DNA of 62,309 bases, the filler included, from Sphacelaria rigidula (lineage: Eukaryota): the NCBI GenBank assembly GCA_964200075.2. It is 6 parts of 6 records of this genome, joined end to end, with 100 filler letters (N's around TTAATTAATTAA, not from the genome) between each part and the next. Parts side by side here need not be neighbours in the genome. Positions count along the whole stretch, not along the records: positions 20,805 to 31,106 come from CAXNAA020006757.1; positions 31,207 to 41,508 come from CAXNAA020006758.1; 4 more parts are not named here. One strand, given 5' to 3'. Below the pieces are notes generated by a model, which saw nothing but the letters and a program-made list of their open reading frames with translations, ran no database searches and was not told the origin of the DNA. The position numbers and the translations under genes are program-made. Shown piece by piece: positions 27,041-38,781 of this stretch. Positions within the stretch are counted from its first letter, which is position 1, and the number at the start of each line of letters is the position of its first letter.

Positions 27041-28793
27041 GGGTAGTGGAGTAGGAAAAAATATGCCTTTAAGTAATCGGCCACCAGAAATATACTATTT
27101 ATGACCGATCACATGCACACAGTGGTTTTGCTCGGAAACCTTGACGTACGTCGTTGCGGATATGTGTTGCATCCGTGCCTTCAAAAACGTACGGGAAAAG
27201 CACGTATTCTCGCTCGCACGGCCATGCGCAACGAAGCGGCCGTCCACCGAAACCTGGCGTACCCCACGAGGAAGGCCAGGTTTCCACAAGATGCACCCGA
27301 TTTTGTCTTCTTTTTTCAAATACCTTTTTTGGGCCCAACGTTGTACCTTTTCGAGTACCACATATAGATAGAGTTTGCGGCGACCCGACGGGCAGCAGAA
27401 CCAACCGTGGCACTTGTGAATTCGATTCTAGATCCGAATGCGTGCCGTTCACAAATACAACGACGACCAAGTCCGACACGTTCTTTCGGGAGAATATTTG
27501 CTGAGTCTGCCCTCTCCGGGCATAAATCATGGTGGATGAACAGCTTGTCGGCGTTTCGGGGAAGAGTACGTGGCGATTTTGTGTTTTGGTGTGGCGACTC
27601 TTTCGCCAGCATCATAGCATCAACCCGCATGTCTCTCCTCCTCTCTCTCTGGAGACAGAGCACACGTTGTAGTCGGGACCATCTTCTTCCCGCCGGCCTC
27701 GGGCAGGTAGCACTGTGTATAGTATCATTAGTTCGTGTGACATTTGATCGCCGATGGGAACATGTGACAACTTTTGCCGTACTCTGTTGGGTTTTATCAT
27801 ATGGCACCGCGAGTAGTCACTTACAGCGCCGACCTAGCGACCGTCAGCATGAGTCGGTACAATCCAAATCGACGGCTATCGAATTACTGTAGGTGACAGG
27901 ATATAGCAGTCCCCCTCCCTGTGTGTGTATGTGTGCGTGTGTGTCATATCTACCCACCTCAACATGGCATCGACTTGCATCATAGGATAATCGAAGGGAA
28001 ATCGACTTCTTTCATTGAGAGCAACCATAGATATACTACTGCTGAAACTTGCAAAGAAGCACACGTTCTTGACAACAACGTGTGCTCTGTCTCGGGGGAG
28101 AGAAAGAGAGACAAACAGAAAGAGAGAAGTACGGGGCGATACTATTGTGTGTGTGACACGCAATAACCCGTCCATCGTCCCGGTGTAACCGTTGGCGAAA
28201 GAGTCACCAAACCAGAACACAAAATGGGCACATACTTCCCTCCGAAATGCCGACAACTTGTGTATCCACCATGGTTGGTGCCGGGAGCGACCATACTCGG
28301 AACTATTTTCCCGAAAGAACATTTCGGGCTTTGGCGTTGTTGTAATTGTTTGTGAACGGCAAACATGCGGATAAAGAATCGATTCCACGGGTGCCACGGT
28401 TGGTTCTGCTGCGCGTCGGGTGGCCACGCGCGCTCTGACAATATAAAGTACTGGAGAAGGTAAAACGTCGGTCCGGAAATGGTATTTATTGAAAAAAAAG
28501 AAGGAAAATCACATTGTGCGCACCTTTTCAAGACCTGGCCTCACTAGGATACGTCGGATTACGGTGGACGACCGCTTTGTTGCGCATGGGCGTACGAGGT
28601 CAGACTAAATGTTTTCCCCGAACTTTTTTCAAGGCACGAATGTAACGTATATTCACGATTGATGTGCGTCAAGGTTTCCGAGTAAAACCGATTTTCGTGA
28701 CGTGTTGCACGAATTGCATGTGATTGGTCACAGATAGTACCTTTTTGAAGACCAACTATCTTTCGAAGGCATACCTTATCTAGTCCACTACCC
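27041..28793. mobile_element. Long-TIR (MULE/foldback-like) non-autonomous element in a methyltransferase intron
   Basis: Termini gggtagtgga / tccactaccc. About 600-700 bp of diverged inverted arms (27041 to about 27680 versus about 28080 to 28793). TSD is not clean. Confidence 0.75.
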
Positions 28794-29319
28794 ATTTTTG
28801 CGTGATAGATTTCAAGGTCTCTTTGCTGCCTTTTCTGGACGGTGCATGTTCCGGAATAATGTCTCTAGTACAGCTTTGCAGAGCCCTCCGCGCGAAGAAT
28901 CATGTACATTTTCAGACGAGGGGTGGGGCGATTTTTTTTCACAGAGAAAAGACGGACCCAATTTGGTTAAAATTGCATTTTTTTGTCCTTGTATTTTTAT
29001 ATGGTGTGAATGTGTAGTGTGCAGTAATCTGGGTCATGCAGCTATCGAGATCTACTGTACTATCGTTGCTCCGATATACCTGGAAGTTACATTCTGTCTG
29101 TGTTGATGTCATACTGTATTTCCATTTGCAAGTGAAGACACTCTTGCCCTATGTGCATATGCAGTAGTGGTAACGACTCTACTTAACGTCGTATTGTACT
29201 GTACGACCTGGCTCATCTCTTCAGGGCCGTTATGTTTATCTCTCGCGATACACATGCGCCTCGCACGTGACGTAGGGCTCCATTTTTTGCACACCGAATG
29301 TCGTGATGTTGTTGGTCAG

Positions 29320-29392
29320 GTATGTGCACGACAGTGAACTGGAGGGAACACGAGATCCACACCTCGCCGTGCACGGGTCTTTTTCGTGTATG
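29320..29392 (+). CDS. SAM-dependent methyltransferase, visible exon 5
   Basis: gtcag|g acceptor and atg|gtgaga donor. Encodes YVHDSELEGTRDPHLAVHGSFSCM, completing the DKGY and HGSFS motifs in phase. Confidence 0.88.
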
Positions 29393-30041
29393 GTGAGAGC
29401 CGGCGCATGCAGCGTTCAGTTGGGTTTGGTTCTGTCGGGGCTTGCTGTACGTATCATACGAAGTATCCTTAGAGGGGCGGAGGGTGTCTCACCGACTAGA
29501 GTCATGGCACTTCAGTCATGTTGCTATTTTTATCGGTGAATTTGGACGGTGTCATGATTCATGTTCGTGCGCATTTCAACACTGTATTTATGGGTGTGGG
29601 GGAATTCCGACATGAAATTGCGAACTTCAGCAGTGTTTCAAGCAGGGGTACACACCGCGCGGATATGGCGTGGATGACTTCTGCCTCACTTTTTGTCTTT
29701 GTTTTTTCCTTGGATGAAAGAGGAAACCTCACCCAACACCTACCCCACTAACGGGCTCGTGGGCCGATTACCCAGAGTCTCGGCTAGATCACCGTGTGGT
29801 GGTCATTTGGGGTAGGCGCCTCAAGCGTTCGGAAAGTTTTGCCCGCGGTAGTGCGGGAGTAGAACCCACTAAAACCCCTGTCAACTTGGTGCAGTGCACG
29901 CGTCGCCCTAGTCTTATGAGCTGCGGCCCTAGCCGGCCGGCACTGTGTGCGTGAGACAAGCTGGGTTTGTAGCTTTAGCTCTACGCCGTACGTGGTGTGC
30001 CGGTGACATTCTCTTGCGTATCGTCTATGCTGCTTGTGAAG

Positions 30042-30155
30042 GTCAACTTCCGGCTACTGCATCTCATGTGCGAGGCGGAAGGAGGCTCCGTTATCCACTC
30101 GCAGCACCTGGACGGATTCAAGTGCTCGGCGATGGCCTTCGGGCTCGAACCTAAG
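30042..30155 (+). CDS. SAM-dependent methyltransferase, visible exon 6
   Basis: gaag|gtc acceptor and aag|gtacag donor, 38 codons in phase 0. Encodes VNFRLLHLMCEAEGGSVIHSQHLDGFKCSAMAFGLEPK; the VNF motif follows HGSFSCM. Confidence 0.85.
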
Positions 30156-30757
30156 GTACAGCAAATACTCCATCACCCGCCATTACCCGCTTGGCTTAAG
30201 TGCGGTGGGTTAGCGTCACCGACAGAAACGGCACTGACAGTTACCTTGGTGGTGCCGCGCTGTTGGACGTCAAAATTATGCGGCACTTTTTTTCGCGAGC
30301 GTCGTATTTTGACGTGAGTCATGCCCCGTCTACAGCTGCGGGGACACACCATTCAGAAGCGATTATTCGTGGTACTGAGCGTGAGGGTGCTCACTGTCCG
30401 GTTGAGCGTGCTATTAGGTAGGGTGTGAGAACCGATGGCGCTCAGGATGAACTCATGGCTGATGGTCCCAATCGACATCACGTTCCGTCGAGGCGGTGAA
30501 ACTTTTTGGAATACCGCTGTTTTGCCAGCGGCGGTGCCGCTCGCCTGTGTAGTCCAACGTGCTGCCGTCAAAAATAGGCCACCCGTGTTCGCTCGACCCG
30601 CAGCAAAGATCATCAAGAGCTGCTGCGCCGCGGTAACATGCGGGAAGTGCTCGTTTAATCCCTTGCCTGATTCGGCATGGCATGTCTTTTCGGGGGGGAT
30701 TGGGGGGGGCGGTCACCGTCGTTGTTGCCGTTGCTCTGAAATGCTACCCGAAACCAG

Positions 30758-30934
30758 GCCCTTCCCCAGTTCCGGATGGCCTTCAAGGAGAGCACCTCCT
30801 GCTTCAGTCCCAACGGCTTCTCTTCTCTCCAGCGGTTGCTGAAAGACGAGTCGAGGGGGCTTAGCTTGAGGTCGGCGCTCGCTCTCCTGCGGCTAAGCCA
30901 ACACGATCCAGACGTGTTCTACAAGTTTAAGCAG
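30758..30934 (+). CDS. SAM-dependent methyltransferase, visible exon 7 (gene continues toward or into the gap)
   Basis: accag|gcc acceptor and cag|gtgaga donor, 59 codons. Encodes ALPQFRMAFKESTSCFSPNGFSSLQRLLKDESRGLSLRSALALLRLSQHDPDVFYKFKQ (LLRLSxxDPDVF motif). Confidence 0.85.
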
Positions 30935-31106
30935 GTGAGAAAAACTGCTGAAAAACGTTGACTTATCTTCAGGCTTCGGCAACCCGGAGGGCGGCTATTG
31001 TGAGAGTACGTCCTTCTCATGTCGGGTAAAGTCTTTTGAAGATTTCACGGTTAGGACAAATCATCACGACTCAAAATCACCAAATTCACGATTCCTTCGG
31101 CCCGAT

Positions 31107-31206
31107 NNNNNNNNNNNNNNNNNNNNNNNNNNNNNNNNNNNNNNNNNNNNTTAATTAATTAANNNNNNNNNNNNNNNNNNNNNNNNNNNNNNNNNNNNNN
31201 NNNNNN
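31107..31206. other. Artificial scaffold gap/linker
   Basis: N44-TTAATTAATTAA-N44. Confidence 0.98.
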
Positions 31207-32070
31207 GGGGCGCGCCTCGGCGGGCGGGGGGTTGACGGGGCGGGTGTCATGCGGGGCGAGCGGCTGCAGGACATAGGATCCCGGATATTTTTTGTCGGGC
31301 ACTCCTTTGTCACCCAAAACTTCTAGCTCCCCAGTGTGAGGGGTCACATTTTCTACAATTTCCCACATTTTTGAAGGAAAAACAAGCCAAATACCGCATT
31401 TTTTACCGCCTCCGGCAGCGCTCTCGCGGGGCCCCCTCACCAGCCGGGGGGGGGGCGTTGGCGCTTCGCCGATTAACTGGAAAACAATCGATGATGAGCG
31501 GCCAGTTTAAACTTAACTGGCCAGAGCAGCCAGTTAACAGCCCTACAAAAAAGCGTTTTCCGAAACTCTCGATCTTCACATTTTCGAAATAGCGCTTGGC
31601 AGCGCAATAAGAGCACCTCCCCGACGCCGCCATGGTATCAGCATTCGCTGAGTGGTTGTATTGCATGAAATTTAAATGCTCGGCGGGTACACGGCATTGC
31701 CTTGGCCGCAGTTCCTCACTCTTGCCAGCCGCAGCTGGAAGAAGATGGGACGGTCATCATGGAGCACGGTTTGTTTTAATGTTTCAATGTTTCACTCTGG
31801 ACTGACTCTGACCGGCAGGTCTGAACAGGTATTGAAAGCTCCTAGTGCAGGCAGTACTATTGTATTCAACAAGACAAGCAGCACGGTGACGCCTGGACGA
31901 GTACAGGTACACGCCTCTGCAGCACCGACCGTGCCATATCATACAATAGCCAGCCAAAGTAAATCGCGTGAAGGCTGTCCTCTTCCTCCTGGTGGCTTTT
32001 GCGATCGAGCAAAATAACACGGTGTGATCGAGCATTTGTGCGGAAGAGTTCGCCTTTGTTCCACAAGCAG

Positions 32071-32179
32071 CACTCAAAATGGACCAAGGCCCTAGACGAT
32101 GGGTGCCTGACAACGAGGTGTCTCGGTGTTTCCTGTGCTCTAAGGGGTTCGACTTGACTACGAGGAAGCACCACTGTAG
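32071..32179 (+). CDS. FYVE zinc-finger protein exon
   Basis: gcag| acceptor and ag|gtgaga donor. Encodes LKMDQGPRRWVPDNEVSRCFLCSKGFDLTTRKHHCR, with the WxxD, CxxC and R(R/K)HHCR FYVE signatures. Confidence 0.9.
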
Positions 32180-32986
32180 GTGAGAATGGGGCCAGCGTTC
32201 GATCGTCTTCATGCTTGCTCTGTTGTTGGGTGCTTGAACAAACCGAAGATATCCATTCCTCAAGAGTACTATTTTGGGTGTAGTCCACGCTGTCCTATAC
32301 AAGACTGATGTGGACGTGCATATCTGTAGCAAGTGATCCGCGAAAAAGCGGAGAGATGAGGAACGCTGCTTTTGTACAGGCATCACTATCATAATACCGT
32401 AGGTGTTCCCGCGAGTTGCATTCGAACCTTCCTTGAGTGTTCCAATCCTAATACACCCACATTTTTTCTTCGAGAGCTTGCAAAAGTGAGTCGACTTTTT
32501 TACGAGCTACCGTCCTGTACCTCGTCGTGTTCATCTCTTTTGCCACGTGCCTTTGCCTCGTGGCAGAGTTTCGCCGCGTTTCCACATTCGAAAGAAGCCC
32601 GGCAGCAGTCAGTACTCGTGGGTCTGTTATACTGTACTATTTTGTCCTGACTGTGGCCTGATGTAACGTACTACACGTACAGACCAGAAACGTCGTGTAT
32701 TGACAAGGTGGGCATGAGTCAAGCCAACAACGACCGTACAGTACAGTAGTCAATCGTCAGCTGTACCGCCATCTCTCTGCAGTACTGTACTGTACTTCTA
32801 GTTCATATGCGGTATGCGTATAGCTCGACACGGCACCAACATATCAACTGAAGCAGACACACAAACGGTTTTCGTCGGTACCACCTGTTTGACGATCTGC
32901 CCCGTCTTACTGTGTTTGTACGGTACTCTGAACTGCATTGCGGCAGCACCGTACAGCACGGTCCAGAACAGCACCGCGGGCATTAA

Positions 32987-34038
32987 CCCTTTTGGGACTG
33001 GGCCTCCAGAACGACCAATGAGGCTGGTCAGGAATGACGTGTCTGACGTGTGCACGAAACAGTGGCGTGTTACTGAAAATCCGCGTATGTAGTAAGTAAG
33101 CGCAGGGTTATGACGAAGACCGAAAGTTTTATCTGGTCTATTTTCAGGTGCACAGGTGCAATGGTGTACATTTGATGATGTAGCACGCAGCATGGGTCGC
33201 GGTAGAGAGCTTCCAACAGGATGCGGCGATCGGCGGGCCGCCCGCCACTTGTGGCTTTGGATAATAGTTTTGTCCCTATCACCTTGTCACACAGCCCTTT
33301 GTGGTCGGGGTGGGCCGTTTTTTTCCCCTTTGTTGCATGCGGCAAATTCTCTTCGAACGGTATCAGTGTTGCGGCACGCATGCATGCAACAGTATAACAG
33401 TACAGTAAAGTACAGTACAGAGTAGTACGCCTCTCCGACTGAAGCAGCAGCTGTCGCTGCATACTCCCTTTCACGTTCTGGGCAATTCTCAGCTACCGAG
33501 ATCAACTGCCTACATACCGCTTCTTCATCCCTACCCATTACATATATATTAACTGCACCCTGCAAGTCATCGCCAGAGGGATAAGCAGAACTCATGATAG
33601 TAGATCATTTTGTGTTTCCACAGCCCACCTGGTTTTAGGGCGTGGTGAAAATGACCACATGGTAGCATGTACACTCCTTCTCGGCTTTTCCGGTCGACCC
33701 TGTGTTGGTGTAAATTACTACGTTTTAGTATGGAATTGAGACCCAAAAAACCACCGGAAAACTCGGGAACGGTATACTAAGTGCAAGTCATATCATATAA
33801 CCAAGCTCCGACCGCCCTGCGCTTGGAAACCTTCGAAGGCTTATCTGGGCCAGGGATAGGATCCCCACACGATTTTTACAGTGGCATCATACTCGCCAAC
33901 AAACCTAGCACTGGTCGTTCGGGTCTGGTCGATAAACTTCGCCTCGCCGTGATTGGGTAGGTCGCTCGAAGACTTGTTTTTTGTTATTCCACTAACATAG
34001 GGTCAACCCTGTGTTAGTGGGGGTCGGTCCCAAAAGGG
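32987..34038 (-). mobile_element. Non-autonomous piggyBac-type element, copy A
   Basis: TTAA on both sides (32983-32986, 34039-34042). TIR cccttttgggac / gtcccaaaaggg. Strand is given by the internal ORF. Confidence 0.88.
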
Positions 34039-35489
34039 TTAAGGTTCGAAAGGAGCCCCCATGCGATTTTGCTACTCACAATGCTCCAGTCGAGAGAGAC
34101 GGAACGCAACAGGCGCAGCACCCCCTCCACGGGCCGAAGCGTGTGCAGACAACATGACAGTACAAGGAGCGCTCGCTAGATAACTCATCTGCGGGTGGTG
34201 TTGCACCATGGGTGCTACGCCATGCTGGGTGATACCCCCTACCCGTCTTCTAGCAAACTAAAACTACGCAGCGCATGGCCAGTGTGCACTCCAAAATGTT
34301 CTCCAAAATACGATGCGATGAGTCATCATTCCGCACAAAGTCGAAAAGTACCGGGCTGTCTGTAACGACAGAGAACAGCCCGCTCCCCCCCGCGCGCGTA
34401 CCGCCTCGAACTTGTGTGAACACGTATAGGAGAAAATATTTGAATACTTGGGGTTTTTCTTTGGAGGGGAATCTCGCGGAACAGTCGTCGGGACCATCAT
34501 CCCGGTGCATTTTTAGTTTTTTCCATTCCCGTCCTGTTCGGGAAAGGGATGTTTCTTACTTTTACGTCCCGTCCCGTCTCGAGGGCACATCCCGTAACAG
34601 TGACAGGATTTCCCCGTCAAATCTCAGAGGGACGTGGTGTCGTACAGTTATGCCCGTGAGTGGGGGCCTTTCCGACCAAAATCCGTGGCCAACAAATGAA
34701 ATGAAGAAGCGAGGAGGCATAATCAAGACGCCATAGACTAGTCCGATCTGTGCCGAACCTCTGCCGAACACAACACACGCTCCATCCCAAGTTACCTAGG
34801 GTTAGTATCCGACAGCTGTGATTTTTTCATCGCCTCGTTCTCGACACAGAAAGCAAATCGGCCTGTGGCACTTCACACACCCCCACCCGCACACACACTG
34901 GAGCTAGGGAACCACAGAACGGATTTACCCAATTCGCCACAGCGGGCCCGAAAAGCCCCCAAAGCGTTAGGGAAAGGCGTATTGCAGGTATATCTTGGGT
35001 TTGGTGCAGCGGTTTGCAGAGCGCTGCGGCCTCTGCAGTGCGCGCGCCGGAAATCCGCCCTATCATTTGCTCGTTCCGATGTGTGGGAAGCACACGCATC
35101 AAACCGCAGCCCAGTCCTCTGCTTGGTTGCCGAGAAAACCGCGTTGGAAGATAGGCACAGCAACATACTGCAACAAGATGGGCACAGCAACAACACGAGC
35201 AGCAGCTTCTATTCTCCTGTTCTTGTAACACTGTGTACAGGTGTACAGCAATGTCAGTTACAGGTTTGTTGTAGAGTGTGCTGTAGCAATATTACATTTT
35301 GTTTGAGCGTGGTCGTCATTTCGGGTTACGCATGTGCTTGTAATTCATACTGATTGGCTCATTTAGGTTCCGTTTCTTCTGCATTCAACTGACGGTGTAG
35401 TTGGTCAGTCCAAAATCGGGCGGGCAAATCAGAAGTCAGTACACTACAGCAGTCCGTACCATACTGTTGTAGTATCAACAGTACCATCA

Positions 35490-35970
35490 GACCGCTTCTT
35501 GAAGAGTAAAGAAAATCTCTCCGAGAACTGACCTTCTGAACCTTTCATCACGGATTATTGGCGGAATATGGGCCTTGGCAGGTTTGACCTCCGCGGAAAC
35601 ACTTGCTATTGTTTCACGAGGATTCTAGCGCACTTTTCCTATTGTTTGTACGCGCAGTTTTACTTTTGACCGGATCCTGAATTTTTTCGGTTGCCCCCAA
35701 AATCGTCCAGCTGTCGGAAAAAATACTTACTTCTTCCCGACCACTCGAAGTTTTTAGGGGTGACTGAAAGAATCCAGAATCCGGCCAAAAGTACAAGTGG
35801 GCGTACGAAAGATCGGGCAAGCGCGCTGGAATCCTATCCGGAAAGTTAGCAAATCTTTCCGAGGGGGCCCAATCCGCCAAGGCCCGTATTCCGCCAATAA
35901 ACCGTGATGGAAGGTTCAAAAGGACAGTGCTCAGAGATATATATATATTTTTAGTCAATGAGAAGTGGCC
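35490..35970. mobile_element. PIF/Harbinger palindromic MITE, second copy
   Basis: gaccgctt...aagtggcc termini with TCA TSD on both sides. Homologous to 7940-8410. Confidence 0.85.
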
Positions 35971-36789
35971 TCAGCTTTAGTATTGGCCCCCGATCTATAC
36001 AGTGGTCAGTATTGTACTTCAACAGAAATAGGCTGTCGAAGTACCCTCATCAGCTGCTATACTGGCCCTGAACCGTTGCGGGGGAGGCATGCATGTGTTG
36101 TGTGTTGGTACTGGAGATATGATTTACAAGTTGGATCTGCACCGATGTGAAACACAATTTTAGACGAGAAACCTGCATCCCTTCAGGTTTTAAGCTTGCA
36201 GCGCCCATGCTCTGTCCAGTGTTGACATAAACCACCGTGATCGTGAATACAAGTCGATAGTCGGGAGAGACGTGCAGTTAAACCTCAGAAGCCCGGCCAC
36301 CAACCACGATTTTCTGAGTGGGTGATGTGGTGGTGGCTTCTTCAGTACCTGGTCGAGTTCAACCGTATGTCTTGTTGTTGTTGTTGTCGTTGTTGTTGAG
36401 TTGTCGTCTTATCTATTCTGGACGCCGGTCTACACCTTTCGGTATATGTGGGCATACGAGCCGGGGTCACACAGGAGGAAGGCCAACACAAGAGTTTTTT
36501 CCTTCTTTCTGTTTGTTTTTGATTCTCCACCTTCCTTCTGCGGTGCTTGCCTTTATTTTTTGTCGCAACAGTGGTTCAGCAGTCCCTTTCCCTCGTCGAT
36601 CATCAAGTCGAACTTTGTCCGTGCACCAGTTGTTTTTGTGTTCCTTCGATATAATTGTTGTTGCCACTCATTATATGTCAGCGCTGCCGTTGGTTGCGTC
36701 ATTCGTGCGCCGAAAATCAGATGTCATGTCCGTCCGAAAATCCTGCCCTCAACACGGTAGGTTTGGGGTGTTGATTCACGCTTTGACGT

Positions 36790-37088
36790 GACAATGGAAC
36801 GAGATCTCACGGGACGGGCTTCGTATATCCCGTCGGAACGGGATAGAACGGGACGAATCTCACGGAAAGAGGCTCGGTCATCCCTCGGGGACGGGACGGG
36901 ACGGCCCGTTTCGTCCTGCCTTATGGCGAAGAAATCCTCAAAGTACCCCTCCCGTCATTTTTTAGGCAACAGGAAAAGTACCCGTCCGGCCCCCCGACGA
37001 TTTTTTCGGGGCCGCAAAACGCGTCCCGTCTCTACCCTCGCCAGAGAGTACGGCCCGTCCCGTCCCATCGTCCCGTGATAGGCCCTGG
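36790..37088. repeat. GGGAC/GTCCC-motif-rich MITE-like repeat
   Basis: Many cgggac/gtcccg motifs in both orientations, ending in ggccctg. Related tract at about 34480-34640. Confidence 0.55.
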
Positions 37089-37563
37089 AAATATTGAACA
37101 ATGCCCCGTTTTTCGGCGGTGATTCGCAGCAGGAATACCAAATCTCTTCAGTAGTGTCTGACGATGTGGGTATCACACGTATTCTCAGAGTACAAAAACC
37201 GACTGGCGTAGATAACCTGTAGTGTCACTTCGGCACAATAGCTTGCTATAGTAGCTCCTCTCTGCAAGCACCATCTCCCATGACGAGATACCGTGTGTCC
37301 CGCGGTTTCCAACCCTAGGCTCCTGAGAGTATTCAACCAGAGCCGCCGTTTTTCTCATTTTCCGAGAGGTTCACCAAAGGCCCTTATGTGGCATCTTGCA
37401 TCCGGGCGGTTGATAGCGGTCGCCAATATAACGATACGCGAGAGGGTATGGCCACCTCGCGTTCAAAGTTTATTTTCATTTGTTTGTTTGTCGCACTTTG
37501 AATAACACCCCTCCCCTTCCTCAGGACGATTCCGTGGTCTCAAGGGGTCGACCCATCTCTCCT

Positions 37564-37798
37564 CGGTACACGCCTTGCATTTTGGTCTCGCGGATTGGAT
37601 CATGACTATCAGCACTCCCGCACCGCGTCAACTCATCTCACAAACTCAGTCGACTACTTTGTGTGCTCAAGTTCTCACGCTTTCCACGGCGGAAATCAAA
37701 CAACTACGAAGAGAAAACCCAACGCATCGGGAATCGAACCCTTGCTCTCTCCGCCCTAATGGCGACAGTCGTACCATTACACCACCGGGGCGCGGCGG
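37564..37798 (-). mobile_element. tRNA-derived SINE-like family 2
   Basis: Shared ggtacacgc...ttgcattttggtctcgcg...tcagcac body and ggaatcgaaccc (B box complement). Copies at about 2525-2835 and 41609-41792. Confidence 0.65.
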
Positions 37799-38577
37799 TC
37801 CAGGTGTCCATACAAAATGGCTGCAATCTATGATCACGGGGTTTGTTCACGCGAGGTGTCCAATATTGAATTGTGGGTTTCTGTTGTGACCGTTTTACTC
37901 TAGGAGAGAGGCTGTCTCACGAAGCCGCAGCGAGAGGACGTCGAGCTTTACCCTGTATGTATTATGTGGATTCTTAATAGTACAGGACTGAAGGGCGTGA
38001 GCGGGGCAACCCGATCCAAGTCCGCAGGAGTTGGGGCCCATCTTGACGAGACAGGGAGAAAAAAGGAAGAAGCGAAAAGCCAAGCAAGCGCCAAAAAGCA
38101 GCACGTTGGTTGGTCTCCCCGACCATAGGTCCGTCGCTCTGGTTGCGGCAACCAATCAAGATGCTGTTTGTCGACGCTTGCTTTGCTCTTCGCTTTACAT
38201 GTCCTTATTTTTTTCGTCTTGATAAGGCAAGGTCTTCGTAACTGCATCTCCGTCAGCTGGCCTCAAATCAATCATATTGGACCACGTCCTACTCTGGAAC
38301 ATAACCCACCCAGGTCATGCGGGGAATACAGGGTGTTGGTAGGCACCGCGAAACATGTGGGTAATACCTAGTATTAACGTTTGACCTCGCTTCAGAACTG
38401 CTGCAATCCCGGTCGTATCCTTATTCTGTACCCGCACCGACACCGTACCCTGCCCTAACCATGCTCGAACCGTTATGTCCGCGCACCCTCATCCCCCATT
38501 TTTATTTTGACCTGTGCGATTCGTGTTGCTTTTGTCCTGGGCATGGCGGATGCTACGTCCGCTTACTCTGGGCTCAG

Positions 38578-38641
38578 GTTTTGTGGGCGTGTGGCATGCG
38601 CTGCCTGCACGCCGTCTAAGCTCTTGGTGCCCCTCAGCGAG
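38578..38641 (+). CDS. FYVE zinc-finger protein, next exon
   Basis: ctcag|g acceptor and gag|gtgaaa donor. In-phase continuation FCGRVACAACTPSKLLVPLSE gives HHCRxCGxxxCxxC. Confidence 0.85.
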
Positions 38642-38781
38642 GTGAAACATTGTGTAAAGTGTGTGTGTACGCGTTTGGTGTGTGCTCGGTGCAGCTTCCG
38701 GTAGACAGAGTTTTAGTCACTTCCCCTACAGCACTGTTGTCATACGTGAGTCGCTGCGGCTGTGAACTGAACTAGTTATAA

